NCBI RefSeq assembly: GCF_001194135.2
Contig: NC_069010.1
Location: 2,350,261 to 2,391,873, forward strand
Reading direction: 5' to 3'
Origin: Octopus bimaculoides
Taxonomy: Eukaryota
Length of the DNA: 41,613 bases
Below, one piece after another: positions 10,102-21,675 of this stretch. Below the pieces are notes generated by a model. The model had not been told where the DNA came from and ran no database searches. It saw nothing but the letters and a program-made list of their open reading frames with translations. The position numbers were made by a program, and so were the translations under genes. Every line of letters starts with the position of its first letter. The first letter of the stretch is position 1.

Positions 10102-13100
10102 ATGGAGAGTTTACTCCGTGCCGTACTGACCTCCCCTCCAGACCTTCCTTTGCCAACCAAAGTCGACAATGTCCAGCAGAATACATCCACTCGGGCCACC
10201 AGTCCATATTTACATGCGGCATTGACAACCACTCTTCACCATGACCCTCACATTGAACAAAGTCACGGTCATGGTGCCGCTGAGCAGGCCACAGTGTCAC
10301 CTACTGCTGTCGACAGCAGTGGTGAGGCTCTGGGAGAGCATGAATCAAAACAGAAGGCAGGGGAAGGGGTAAGGACAGTTGCAGTTTGCAACAACAGTGG
10401 CATTGACAGTAAGAAGCCATCATCTCTGATCTCAAACAGGCACAGTAAACTTTTGGAAGCTTTGACATCAGATTTCCGACTCTCCACCAGTCGCCTGCGA
10501 GCGGCCTTAACTACCCCATTGCTGTCACCTCTACAGTCGTCATTAATGACAACAGCACCTCCGGTGCCACAACCACCATTAGAGACTAATTCACTGGTTA
10601 GTTCAGCAGACCCTAACCCACCATCAAATGCTGCACCCTACAAAAGTAAGTTATTTTTGGCCCTTACATCCCCTCTGGAATACTGGGACAAAGACTTGGC
10701 TTGTTCAAAAGAACCAAATTCTGTCTCCGACTCAAACAAAACCCATTGCCCCGGAAAGACAAGTGATCGGACAGTTGCTACTGCCACCAAAGCAGTGGGG
10801 AAGACAATCAAGCAAGAAAATGCAGCAGAAAGACTTGATGCATCACCAGCAGAGATTGAACCTAAAAACACCACCACCACCACCACCACTGTAGTCACAG
10901 GGTGGCAGCAGTGTTACCAACATAGAAGTCCTGGTGATGCCATCAAATCAGAGCTTCCAGTACCTCCTGAGTGTTTATCATCCTCATTTCAACCACCAAG
11001 CAAAAATAATGCCACTCCATACCATTCTGAGTTGCACAACACTGTGTTCCATGAAAGTCCTGAATGCACTAAGAGTCGAAGTGCACTTGTTGACAGACTG
11101 CAAGCAGCTCCAGTGTGTTCTTTTGTAGATTCACACCGTGAAAGCAAGAAACGAGAAATGCAGTCATGTCCTTTAGGGAGCGGTAAACACTTTCAGTTTT
11201 CTCCTGAAGCTGCAAGTTTTGATCAGAAGATCAAGACAGAAAGCACCACATTTGGGATTGGTCAGTCTAGTCTTGAGCACAAGCAGAACCCAACTTGTGC
11301 TGTTAAATCCCTTCCCAATGTTACCCAAGTCAGTCATAAACACGATAGTGACTCAGCAGTTTGTGTCGACATCTCTGAAGGAAGACAACTTTGTAAGGAA
11401 GAATTTGATCCCCACAACACGAAGAACCTTGTCGGCATTGGAAATACGGAACAGAGTGGAAAGTCTACAGTTTGTGTTGCTGTGTCTGTAGAAAAACAGC
11501 TCAGTGAAGAGGAAGTTATTCCACATAATGAAAAGAACGTTGTTAAAATTGGCCCCAAGATGAAGCGTATGCACTTCCGAAAGAAACTGCTCACCCGATC
11601 AAAGAGTCCCTCAAGGCCGTCTGGCATTTCTGTTGCCAAAAAGCGCAAGTTCCTGGATCATTGCAAAAGCAGGCTTGAAAATTCCGACCCTACTTTTTCT
11701 ATGGATTCTTCATCATCACTTCTTGAACACTTGGTGTGTAAAAAGCAGAAGGTGGAAAATGTGACAAAGCAAAATCTAGAGGAAGATGAAGGATCTAATT
11801 CTAACTTTGACAATCAAATAATCACAGACAATTCTTCATGTGAGTCATTGGAAAATTCAGTCTCTGATTCTGTAAAGAATGATGACAATTACATTAATGG
11901 TGATGGGGTTTCATCTTGTTTGACATTACAGGAAAATCTCCCTGAAAACTTTAGCAAATGCCAAAGAGAATCTATATTGCAATCAACAATCAAGGGGCCC
12001 AAGTCAGATGTAAAACCCAGTTGTGACTCTAAATTAGGTTCGGCAAGGAACTCTTCCTCTTCAAGAACACTTTGGGAGAAGAATACGGGTTATCCTAATA
12101 ATAGTCCAGCTACAAAATCGCAGATACTTCGGGAAGCTTTGACTTCTGCACCAATATCTTTGCATAAACCAAGTTTAGGGTTGATGCCAGCAGTCCCTGA
12201 ATTCGAGAAGATGAATGGTATGACAACAGATTTGTGTGACTCTGTCACAAATAATCACTCAAGCAGCCAGGACCCATTGACCAAGGAGCAGGATCAGAAC
12301 AAACAGACTGATGCTTGTAAAACGCCAAATGCAACACTGTCAGCATCAGAAAAACCCTGTAAGCCAGCTGGCAACACAAAACACTCTTCACAACTCTTGT
12401 TAGCAGCTCTTACAGCTGCAGATGACTTGAGAAAAACACCAGTTTCAAAACCCATCACGAGACAGACAAATTCTGAAATACTGAGAGCGGCATTGGACAG
12501 TTCTGAAAGAGCTGATTCTTTAAACTATCACAGCAAGCATTCACAATTACTACGTGCAGCTCTCATTGCTGTCGACACTAATAAGGCTATTAAGGAGAAG
12601 ACGCATGAAATTGGCCCCAAAAACTCCAACTCACGCTTATTGCGTGCTGTGTTGACCGGCAAGTACAGTCCTGAAACAGACAGGTTTTGTCACTCAAAAA
12701 CCTCGTCAAGTCCCCCTTTACCTTCATCTCGGCATCTGTCTGTTGCTTCTATGCCTCTCACAGGAAACAAGAACACATCTGGAGTCAAGAATGTATCACA
12801 AGACACCACAAAATCGTCTGTCAACACTGGCAGCTCTCGGGCCAGTGGTCACTCCATATTACGAGCTGTTCTCACAGGTGCTCTTGACGTGCCCCAGCAA
12901 TCTGTAACAAACAGCTCCAAGGGCTCTGCACCACAAGCACGACGACAATCAAGGAGGAGGAGGAGGAGGAGTGAACTAGACCTAAAGCCAAACCACGGCG
13001 GATATTTCCGCAACAGTGACTACAACATGAGCCAAACAATGGAGCTGACTTCTGCCGCAAATGTTAACGACAATCCTCAAACAACAGACATCGCCATGAA

Positions 13101-14313
13101 AACTGAACAGCCAAAGGAATCAACCAATAATGAAGGCAATTGCGAAACCAAACAACTCCAAAATACTGAGAGCTGTGTTAGACAGCGTCAAAAGACAGGC
13201 AACGAATGCATCTACTGTGGTCGGGTGCACTCAAGCGATGACACCCTGTGGTTGTACACAAGTTTGTTTGCCAGCAAGAAACAACATCACTTCTGTCATG
13301 TGTGTCGTCAGACTTTTAGCATCACGTGCCTCTTTCTGCAGCACGTGGAGCAGCATCATGATGCTCAGACAAAGTATCGCTGCGAATTCTGTGGCCGCTA
13401 TTTCGTTCATGTTCTCTCGTACATCATGTGCCGGCTGTCACACATGGACGCACAGAAGGAGGAGGGCAAAGCCAGCAATGACAATGACAGACCATTGGAG
13501 TGCCAGGTAAAACACGACGACAATCTTGATGTCCAGAAGGGCAGCAAGGACAACAACAACAAGAGTAACAACAACAACAACAACAATGATGATGATAATA
13601 AAATTAACGGTTTTTATATTCCTGCCAATAAAACTAATTACAAAGATAATAATGATGATAATAACAAGAACACTGAAGATGGTGTCAGTGTAGATGGATG
13701 TTGTCGGAGGGAATCTGGAGATTGTAAGCTCTGCAAAAATGGACTCTTCCAGCACCGTATAAACTGCTGCCTTCATGAGACCAATGCTACTGCTGCTGCT
13801 GCTGTTGATGAAGATGACTGTACAAGAGCGGAAGTCTCTAGTGAAGAGTGCACAGGAAACTGCAGATGTCATTGTGAACTACACCATCTCTGTGACCAAA
13901 TACACGACATGCCCACCACCACTACCAAAGACAACCATGTCCACAACAGTAACAGCAGCAACAATAACAACTGCTGCAATGATGAGAAAACGTTTCAGTG
14001 TATGGCATGCACGAAATGGTTTTTGTCCAGGAAGGAACTGTGCACTCACAAGCAACTGCACTTAGACATTCCAGCTGGTGAGCACCGTCAACATCGGGAG
14101 AAGAAGGGCACATCGGATTTCCAAGGCGACCCAGATGCACACCAGTGTTCAGCACCTGTTTTGACAAATATGCATCTTGGCTGCAACTCTTGTGGAGCGC
14201 TGCACCAAAGCAGGCAAAAATACAGGACACCTTGTTTGTGGAATAACTGCTCTGGAGACACGGCTGTACAACTGCATTCGGACAGTCGCTGCCTGCAATT
14301 GGTCAAAGACTAA
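10102..14313 (+). CDS. Intronless C2H2 zinc-finger protein, 1403 aa, with a long low-complexity N-terminal region carrying repeated L-x-x-[A/V]-L motifs
   Basis: A 4.2-kb uninterrupted ORF in AT-rich repeat DNA. Canonical C-x2-C-x12-H-x3-H fingers lie at 13294-13356 and 13999-14061, a C-x2-C-x12-C-x3-H finger at 13381-13443, and degenerate fingers at about 13207 and 14180. Basic NLS-like runs are AKKRK and RRQSRRRRRRS. An in-frame TAG at 10090-10092 just upstream could also be a splice acceptor. Confidence 0.85.
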   Translation: MESLLRAVLTSPPDLPLPTKVDNVQQNTSTRATSPYLHAALTTTLHHDPHIEQSHGHGAAEQATVSPTAVDSSGEALGEHESKQKAGEGVRTVAVCNNSGIDSKKPSSLISNRHSKLLEALTSDFRLSTSRLRAALTTPLLSPLQSSLMTTAPPVPQPPLETNSLVSSADPNPPSNAAPYKSKLFLALTSPLEYWDKDLACSKEPNSVSDSNKTHCPGKTSDRTVATATKAVGKTIKQENAAERLDASPAEIEPKNTTTTTTTVVTGWQQCYQHRSPGDAIKSELPVPPECLSSSFQPPSKNNATPYHSELHNTVFHESPECTKSRSALVDRLQAAPVCSFVDSHRESKKREMQSCPLGSGKHFQFSPEAASFDQKIKTESTTFGIGQSSLEHKQNPTCAVKSLPNVTQVSHKHDSDSAVCVDISEGRQLCKEEFDPHNTKNLVGIGNTEQSGKSTVCVAVSVEKQLSEEEVIPHNEKNVVKIGPKMKRMHFRKKLLTRSKSPSRPSGISVAKKRKFLDHCKSRLENSDPTFSMDSSSSLLEHLVCKKQKVENVTKQNLEEDEGSNSNFDNQIITDNSSCESLENSVSDSVKNDDNYINGDGVSSCLTLQENLPENFSKCQRESILQSTIKGPKSDVKPSCDSKLGSARNSSSSRTLWEKNTGYPNNSPATKSQILREALTSAPISLHKPSLGLMPAVPEFEKMNGMTTDLCDSVTNNHSSSQDPLTKEQDQNKQTDACKTPNATLSASEKPCKPAGNTKHSSQLLLAALTAADDLRKTPVSKPITRQTNSEILRAALDSSERADSLNYHSKHSQLLRAALIAVDTNKAIKEKTHEIGPKNSNSRLLRAVLTGKYSPETDRFCHSKTSSSPPLPSSRHLSVASMPLTGNKNTSGVKNVSQDTTKSSVNTGSSRASGHSILRAVLTGALDVPQQSVTNSSKGSAPQARRQSRRRRRRSELDLKPNHGGYFRNSDYNMSQTMELTSAANVNDNPQTTDIAMKTEQPKESTNNEGNCETKQLQNTESCVRQRQKTGNECIYCGRVHSSDDTLWLYTSLFASKKQHHFCHVCRQTFSITCLFLQHVEQHHDAQTKYRCEFCGRYFVHVLSYIMCRLSHMDAQKEEGKASNDNDRPLECQVKHDDNLDVQKGSKDNNNKSNNNNNNNDDDNKINGFYIPANKTNYKDNNDDNNKNTEDGVSVDGCCRRESGDCKLCKNGLFQHRINCCLHETNATAAAAVDEDDCTRAEVSSEECTGNCRCHCELHHLCDQIHDMPTTTTKDNHVHNSNSSNNNNCCNDEKTFQCMACTKWFLSRKELCTHKQLHLDIPAGEHRQHREKKGTSDFQGDPDAHQCSAPVLTNMHLGCNSCGALHQSRQKYRTPCLWNNCSGDTAVQLHSDSRCLQLVKD

Positions 14314-17221
14314 GAGAGTGACCAGTGTATCCATGCTACACATGCACCCATAAACACATGCACACATAAACACACAAATACCTGTACCCTGGCTCCTACA
14401 CACACTGCAGTGGTTTACATGCATACTGCAGCAAGCTAGCAGAATTGTTAGCACACCAGGCAAAATGCTAAGTGGCGTTTCGTCCATCTTTACATTCTGG
14501 GTTCAAATTCCGCCGAGGTGGACTTTGCCTTTCATCCTTCCAGGGCCAATAAAATAATAAGTACCAGTTGGACACTGGAGTGAATGTAATCAACTTACCT
14601 GCTCCCCTGGAATTGCTGGCCTTGTGCTAAAATTTGAAACTAACATTACATATACATACATATATTACAGTGCTAATTACACACACACACACACACACAC
14701 CACAATACAGGCATATGCTGCAATGTTATTGCTCACTTACGCACACACCACAATACATGCGTGTACTGCAGTTATATCACACACGCACACATACACTGTT
14801 GTGTTAACACAGAGTTACACTAACCCACTTTTATGGACACTAATGCCACATTTGAATAACTGGTCCCTGAGGTATGGAGAGGCAGGAGGGCCCAGAGCTG
14901 CAATGTTTTTGGACACAGTGGTCTGTTGTACTCGGGTTTGAAATGATTATAAACAACATTGTCACCAACACACATACATACCTATATATATATANNNNNN
15001 NNNNNNNNNNNNNNNNNNNNNNNNNNNNNNNNNNNNNNNNNNNNNNNNNNNNNNNNNNNNNNNNNNNNNNNNNNNNNNNNNNNNNNNNNNNNNNNNNNNN
15101 NNNNNNNNNNNNNNNNNNNNNNNNNNNNNNNNNNNNNNNNNNNNNNNNNNNNNNNNNNNNNNNNNNNNNNNNNNNNNNNNNNNNNNNNNNNNNNNNNNNN
15201 NNNNNNNNNNNNNNNNNNNNNNNNNNNNNNNNNNNNNNNNNNNNNNNNNNNNNNNNNNNNNNNNNNNNNNNNNNNNNNNNNNNNNNNNNNNNNNNNNNNN
15301 NNNNNNNNNNNNNNNNNNNNNNNNNNNNNNNNNNNNNNNNNNNNNNNNNNNNNNNNNNNNNNNNNNNNNNNNNNNNNNNNNNNNNNNNNNNNNNNNNNNN
15401 NNNNNNNNNNNNNNNNNNNNNNTATATATATGATGCTTTGCTATATCTCTGTCGGCTCTTTATTTTCTGAGTTGTTCAAATCTTGCCCAGGTCCACCTGT
15501 GTGGTAGGCTTGATCCATTGCTCATTATAACAACGCCACCACCATCATCACCATCACTACCACCACCACCACCATCTGACACCCTCGGTTGGGTGCCTCT
15601 TGTAGAGTCTACTCTGTTGTAAGCATTTGTGCCAGGGCCCCAGTTTGAGGATACCCTCCCCCCAACCACCCACTTTGCAGACACTGTAAAGGATTATGGG
15701 ATAGGGTACTACCTTCCCTTCTGACTAAATGATTGAAAAAAATATATAAATACATATCTATATTTATAGACATATATATATATATATATATATATACACA
15801 GTCATACATACATATATACACATACACACACATATATATACTTTAAACATGTACACATCTTTCTTTCATACACATTCATACACTTTCTGTATATATCTTC
15901 ATCAGTATCATAACCAGCATCATCATCATCATTAACTTCAATGCTGCCATGGGTTGGACAGGTCTATAAATGAACAACTACGGGTTTTGGTCCTCCCCCA
16001 TTTTCTTCCATTTAAAAATATATTTATTTTCTTTTTTTTTTAATTTATTTTCTTTTTGGTCTTAATCAGGAGAGGGGGATGGTAGTACCCAGGATTTCTC
16101 CTCCCACCAAGACTCCCTCTTCAGTCTCGAATCCTGGGCCCTAAACACTTGCAACAACACCCCAGGGTCACTATCATTGGTGTCCATGGTGACACCAGTG
16201 TTGTTAAATTAGATAACATATTAAGTTTAATCATCTGAAAACCAGAGCTGGTTTCCCTTCCTGTTGACCAACAGGTTTCCATACAGTTTCCTTCTGTCAA
16301 CCCTTAATTCCACTCAGTAAGGTCTTTAGTCAACCTGAAGTGCATGATTTAAATAACAAAAAAAAACCACACTTGCCTGGGATGGAACCTGAAACTGCAT
16401 AGTTGTGAGGCTGTTAGCCTGACTTCTTAACTACGGCGCCATGTATGTCTATGTGTAACTATATGTGTATGCACTTTGCCACCTCTAATGTTCTAGGTTC
16501 AATCCCACTGCATGGCATCTTGGAAAAGTGTCTTCTACTGTAGCCTCAGACTGACCAAAGCCTTGTGAATGGATTTCGTAGAAGGAAACTGATAGAAGCC
16601 TTTTATATAGATTTTTTCATACTGAACTACTTGGCAAAATTGTTAATTATTAATTTTATTACTAATTGACGATTCCCTGCCCTATATCTGTATATTTATA
16701 TTGATGCCTCTAATTGGATGGTTAAACTGTAACCCTTTTATACGGGACTTTTTATGCGGGACTATTTGTGGCGCACATGGAATAGATTCTTTGGAGTGAA
16801 GTGTTTGAACTTACTAGCCGATAAATTTTGTAAGTGCCTTCCTCATGTGTTTTTGATGTCGCATGGTCAAAATTCCCATGAGTTATATAGACACTTTCAA
16901 ATTTATTCGAATATTGTGCTGAAGATCGGAATAGAGTNNNNNNNNNNNNNNNNNNNNNNNNNNNNNNNNNNNNNNNNNNNNNNNNNNNNNNNNNNNNNNN
17001 NNNNNNNNNNNNNNNNNNNNNNNNNNNNNNNNNNNNNNNNNNNNNNNNNNNNNNNNNNNNNNNNNNNNNNNNNNNNNNNNNNNNNNNNNNNNNNNNNNNN
17101 NNNNNNNNNNNNNNNNNNNNNNNNNNNNNNNNNNNNNNNNNNNNNNNNNNNNNNNNNNNNNNNNNNNNNNNNNNNNNNNNNNNNNNNNNNNNNNNNNNNN
17201 NNNNNNNNNNNNNNNNNNNNN

Positions 17222-17278
<57 letters not shown>

Positions 17279-17518
17279 GTGTATCATCATCATCATTTAA
17301 AATCTGTCTTCCATGCTAGATTGGGTTGGACGGTTTGACAGGAACTGGTAAGCCAGAAGACTGCACCAAACTTCACTGTCTTCTTTTATATGATTCTTAC
17401 AACTGGATACCCTTCTTAACGCCAACCACTTTACAGGGTGGACTAAGTGCTTTCTTACATCGCACCAGTGTGTATGTGTATATATGTATATGTATGTATG
17501 TACAGGTATACATATGTG

Positions 17519-18030
17519 AAGGTGCATGGCTCAGTGGTTAGAGCGTTGAGCTCACAATGAGGTAGTGAGTCCAATTCCCAGGCCAGGCTGTATGTTGTGT
17601 ACTTGAGCAAGACTTTCTAAGTGCAATCCCATGGTCATTCATAACCAAAGAAGGTCTTTACCTTTATATATATATATATATATAAAGTACAAACTTACTT
17701 GCAAAAAGGACATGTGCGTTCGATGATGTAATAATGTGTGTATACATGCATATATATTCTTTGTATTTGGGCTGTGTATTGTGTTCTTGAGCAAGACACT
17801 TTATTTCACATTGCTCCAGTTCACTCAGCTGTAGAAATGAGTTGCGACGTCACTGGTGCCAAGCTGTATCAGCCCCTTTGCCTTCCTTTCCTTGGAATAA
17901 CATCGTGACATGGAGAGGGGAGGCTGGTATGCATGGGTTTCTGCTGGTCTTCCATTGACTTTACTTGGACTTGTGTCTCAGAGGTGGGTGCAAAACTTTC
18001 TAGGTGAAATTCCATGGTCATTCATGATCG
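17519..18030 (+). mobile_element. tRNA-derived SINE family G, split by a (TA)n-containing segment
   Basis: Head ggtgcatggctcagtggttagagcg and body ttgagcaagacactttatttcacattgctccag. Related bodies lie at about 27290-27530 and 33255-33480. Confidence 0.6.
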
Positions 18031-18329
18031 AAAGGGGTCTTTATGTATGCATGTATGTACCCTTTTACTCTTTACTCTTTTACTTGTTTCAGTCATTTGA
18101 CTGCGGCCATGCTGGAGCACCGCCTTTAGTTGAGCAAATCGACCCCGGGACTTATTCTTTGTAAGCCTAGTACTTATTCTATCGGTGTCTTTTGCCGAAC
18201 CGCTAAGTGACAGGAACATAAACACACCAGCATCGGTTGTCAAGCAATGCTGGGGGGGGGGGGGGNNNNNNNNNNNNNNNNNNNNNNNNNNNNNNNNNNN
18301 NNNNNNNNNNNNNNNNNNNNNNNTTTTTT

Positions 18330-18570
18330 TTTTTTTTTTTTTTTTGCATTTCCTTGCCTTGATGTCCTGCAGTAGTTGTAAATGAGTGTGACTGTCATTA
18401 CAAGCAATGTCATTCATTTTCAATGTTCTGTGAAAACATGTCTGGCCATAGGGAAATATTACCTTGCTTGGAAAACAGGTGATGGTTGGTGAGAGGAAGG
18501 GCATCCAGCTTAACAAATTCTGTCCAACACATGCAAACATAGAAAAGTGGACAGAACAAACATACACATC
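18330..18570 (+). mobile_element. SINE family F fragment
   Basis: ggccatagggaaatattaccttgcttggaaaacagg...ggttggtgagaggaagggcatccagc. A related copy lies at about 35330-35480, with minus-strand tails at about 3000-3060, 17285-17470 and 40890-41000. Confidence 0.55.
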
Positions 18571-18629
18571 AAGACACATGATTATACATACATACATGTA
18601 CACAAAGAACCCTGTATGTTGTTTCTCAA

Positions 18630-20396
18630 CCAGCTAGAAATAGCAGCCAAATCTGTCCACACATAACATCACCCTGCTATCATCTTCAATAAGGGACATA
18701 CAGGAATAGTATAATCCTTGGTATTCTTTGGTGTTATAGATGGAGCAAACTTTGATGACATCAACCCTAACATATCCTTGAGCCGACAAGAAAGGAGCCT
18801 CTACATGATCATAAAATATGCTAGAAATAGCAGCCAAATTTTTCTTGTATTACACCGTAAGACAGACAACACATTAGCTGGTGTAGTCCTTGATGCATGC
18901 TACCTGGCAAGGAAAAGGACACCCTACCCCCTCTCCCACCACTACACTGGAATGTCTTTGATCATTGGTATTCTTGACCAGGGCTGACCTGGGGCTAAAT
19001 AACAAACTGAAATACTCCCTCCACCACCATCACAACAACAGCATGAAAGCTATTACATCAATATCATCAATAACAACGCTACCTTAACTGCATTGTCATC
19101 CACCTCCATCATCATCACCATCACAACCAGCTACATTTGAATGAGCCAGTGAGGGCGCACATGCTAGAAATAGCAGCCAAAGTCCCTCGAACCCCCCCCC
19201 CCCNNNNNNNNNNNNNNNNNNNNNNNNNNNNNNNTTTTTTTTTTTTTAAGGACCACATTGGCCAGTGTAGTCCTTTATGTTATGACTAATATCTTCAATC
19301 CTAGATCTGCCCAACCAAAATGATCTGGAGCTAAGCTAAACCTCAAAATTTGTACAAAAGGAACTGCTACATGGTTTTTTTCAGCCTGCTAGAAATAGCA
19401 ACCAGATCTTAAATTTACACACCACTGTTAAAAAAAAAAGAGGGAAGAACTCATTGGAAATAATATAATCCATAATGCATTATACTTAAAAAAAAGAAAA
19501 AACAGGTTGGTTTGTCACAGTTGGAAAGTCTTCAATCAAATATCTGCCCAATCTGGATTTAACCTGAACTTAAACAACATCATCCAAATGAAACATCAAG
19601 AATGAGAAAAGCTTCCATGAGATTGCTTCACATGTTAGAAATAGCAGCCAAAACCTTCCTTGAAAGCATGAAATGTCAGACAGGATGATCATCACTGAAA
19701 ATGTTTACTTGTCTTTGGATGGGAAAGCAGGGGAAGTCATTATCTGCTAGAAATAGCAACCTGACTCTCCTTCAAAACATGAAGGACCCAGTCCATGAAG
19801 ACAGTACAATACTTAAATTGTCATTATTGGAAATGCCTGCTTTTGGTTGTAGGTCTTCTGGACTTGTGTTGACCTGTAGCTAAACGACAATTTGGCAGAA
19901 AAAGCCTCTACCTGACAGAAATAACAGTCAAAACTTCCTTAAAACATGATCTCGGGATATTCTAGTCTGTGAAGACACTAAGTATAAGATTGGATGGTCG
20001 TAGTTGGAAAGGCCTTTGGTCATTAGTCTACTGGATTAGTGTTAAGCTTGTGGTTAAACAGCAATGAACAGAAAAGCCCTCCACGTGCTGAAAATAGCAG
20101 CCAAATCTTCCTTAAAACATGAAGGACTCATGTTGGGATATTCTAGTCCATGAAGACACTAAGTATAAGACTGGATAGTCATGGCTGGAAATTCCTTTGG
20201 ATAAGGCAATATACTTACAGAAAATAGCAGCTAAACTTTCTTTACAATATGAAGGACTCATTTGGGGATATTCTAGTCCACGAATAAAACTGGATAATCA
20301 AGGCTGGAAGTGCCTGTATAGATTATTGGTTATAGGTCTACTGGGTCTAAAAACAAAAGCATACCTGCTAGAAATAGGCATACTAAGTTTTTTTGC

Positions 20397-20400
<4 letters not shown>
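18630..20400 (+). repeat. Degenerate tandem array of a retroposon-tail unit (gctagaaatagcagccaaa)
   Basis: The motif recurs about ten times, near 18633, 18820, 19163, 19388, 19634, 19746, 19915, 20088, 20219 and 20367. Confidence 0.7.
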
Positions 20401-20427
<27 letters not shown>

Positions 20428-21399
20428 CTGTGGTTAAACAGCAACACCAACATCTGAAATATTTTCACTCCAACACCTATCACCATCATAAACACCACCA
20501 CATCATAATATTTCATTCTACTGAGGGAACAGATTTTTTTTTTTTTTTTTTAATTTTCACTGCCATTTTTTTGCACATTGTAAAAAAAAAAAAAAATCTA
20601 CATCAAAACTTTTCTGACAAATTTCTATCTTTATTTATTTTATTATTACTATTATTATTATTATTATTATTATTTAACAAATTGATTGATTAATAAATAA
20701 ATAAATACTATCATAAAATAAAATTTGAAAAAAATCAACAAAATAATAAAAAGTTTTTTTTTTTTTAAATTAAATAAAAACAGGAAAAAATAAAGTTATT
20801 TTCAGTTACTAAATTTTAAAAAGAAAATTTGAAATTGTTGTTGTCATTATTATTATTATTATGCATAATGTTCTACAGTTTTCTGTATTTTTACATTTAC
20901 ACCAAGGGAGGTAATAACATGAATGGCAAAATACAGAGACAGGGAAGAACTATATTATTCTGCAATTGTATGAAATGTTTAATAATGTCATTGAGCTTTA
21001 TAAATTTGCTAGCAGAGATACCCCGGCATTGCCCGTGTCACATGGAATTTAAGAATTAGACTTTTCTTTTGTATTTTCTTTAATGAACTGGAATACCTGT
21101 GATTCTACAAGATATTCATTGGCCCATCCTTTGTTTCTGAACTCTATAACAATGTACAAGCTAAACTCTGCCCTCCCTTTTTACAGGCCATGCGTTTACT
21201 TAGAAATGCTTTCATAACTCCTTACAGTCATCTTCAAATGCCAGGTTCATAAACAGGATGGATTGAGGCATTAGATATCTTGAATACATTTATGTACAAG
21301 CATGGCCAGGAATTAAGAAGTTCACTTTCCAACTACATGGATTCAGGTTCAATCCTACTGCATAGCACCTCGAGCGTAGGGTAAGTGTCTTCTGCAATA

Positions 21400-21675
21400 A
21401 CATTCAACTAACCAATACCTTGTGAGTTAATTTGATAAATAGAAATTGTGTGGAAGTCGATCCCAGCATTTCTCCATCTCCACTAAATATTTTACTACTT
21501 CTAGCCTTTTGTTTCAATGTCCTTTTTTTTTTTATTATTGCCAGGGACACTGTGGAAACAGTAAGAATCTTCCAGTCACCCCCTAGAACCAAACCCAAAG
21601 CTATATCCTAGAATTTGCAATCAGAACCAAATATTTCACTGCTACTTGTCTTTTTGTCTTTGGATGTCCATTCTA
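21400..21675 (-). repeat. LINE(RTE)-tail-derived tandem array, left part
   Basis: Minus strand reads GHPKTKRQVAVK...GLVLGGDWKILTVST...GH*NKRLEVVKYLVE. Same unit as 24848-25829. Confidence 0.55.

Noticed and set aside
16095-16190. Minus-strand mini-ORF MDTNDSDPGCCCKCLGPRIRD
   Set aside because: Only about 21 codons, with no homology recognised and no supporting gene structure.
14874-17338. Long ORFs containing X runs (also at 25990-26967, 32072-32548 and 33752-34483)
   Set aside because: They are open only because they cross N gaps.
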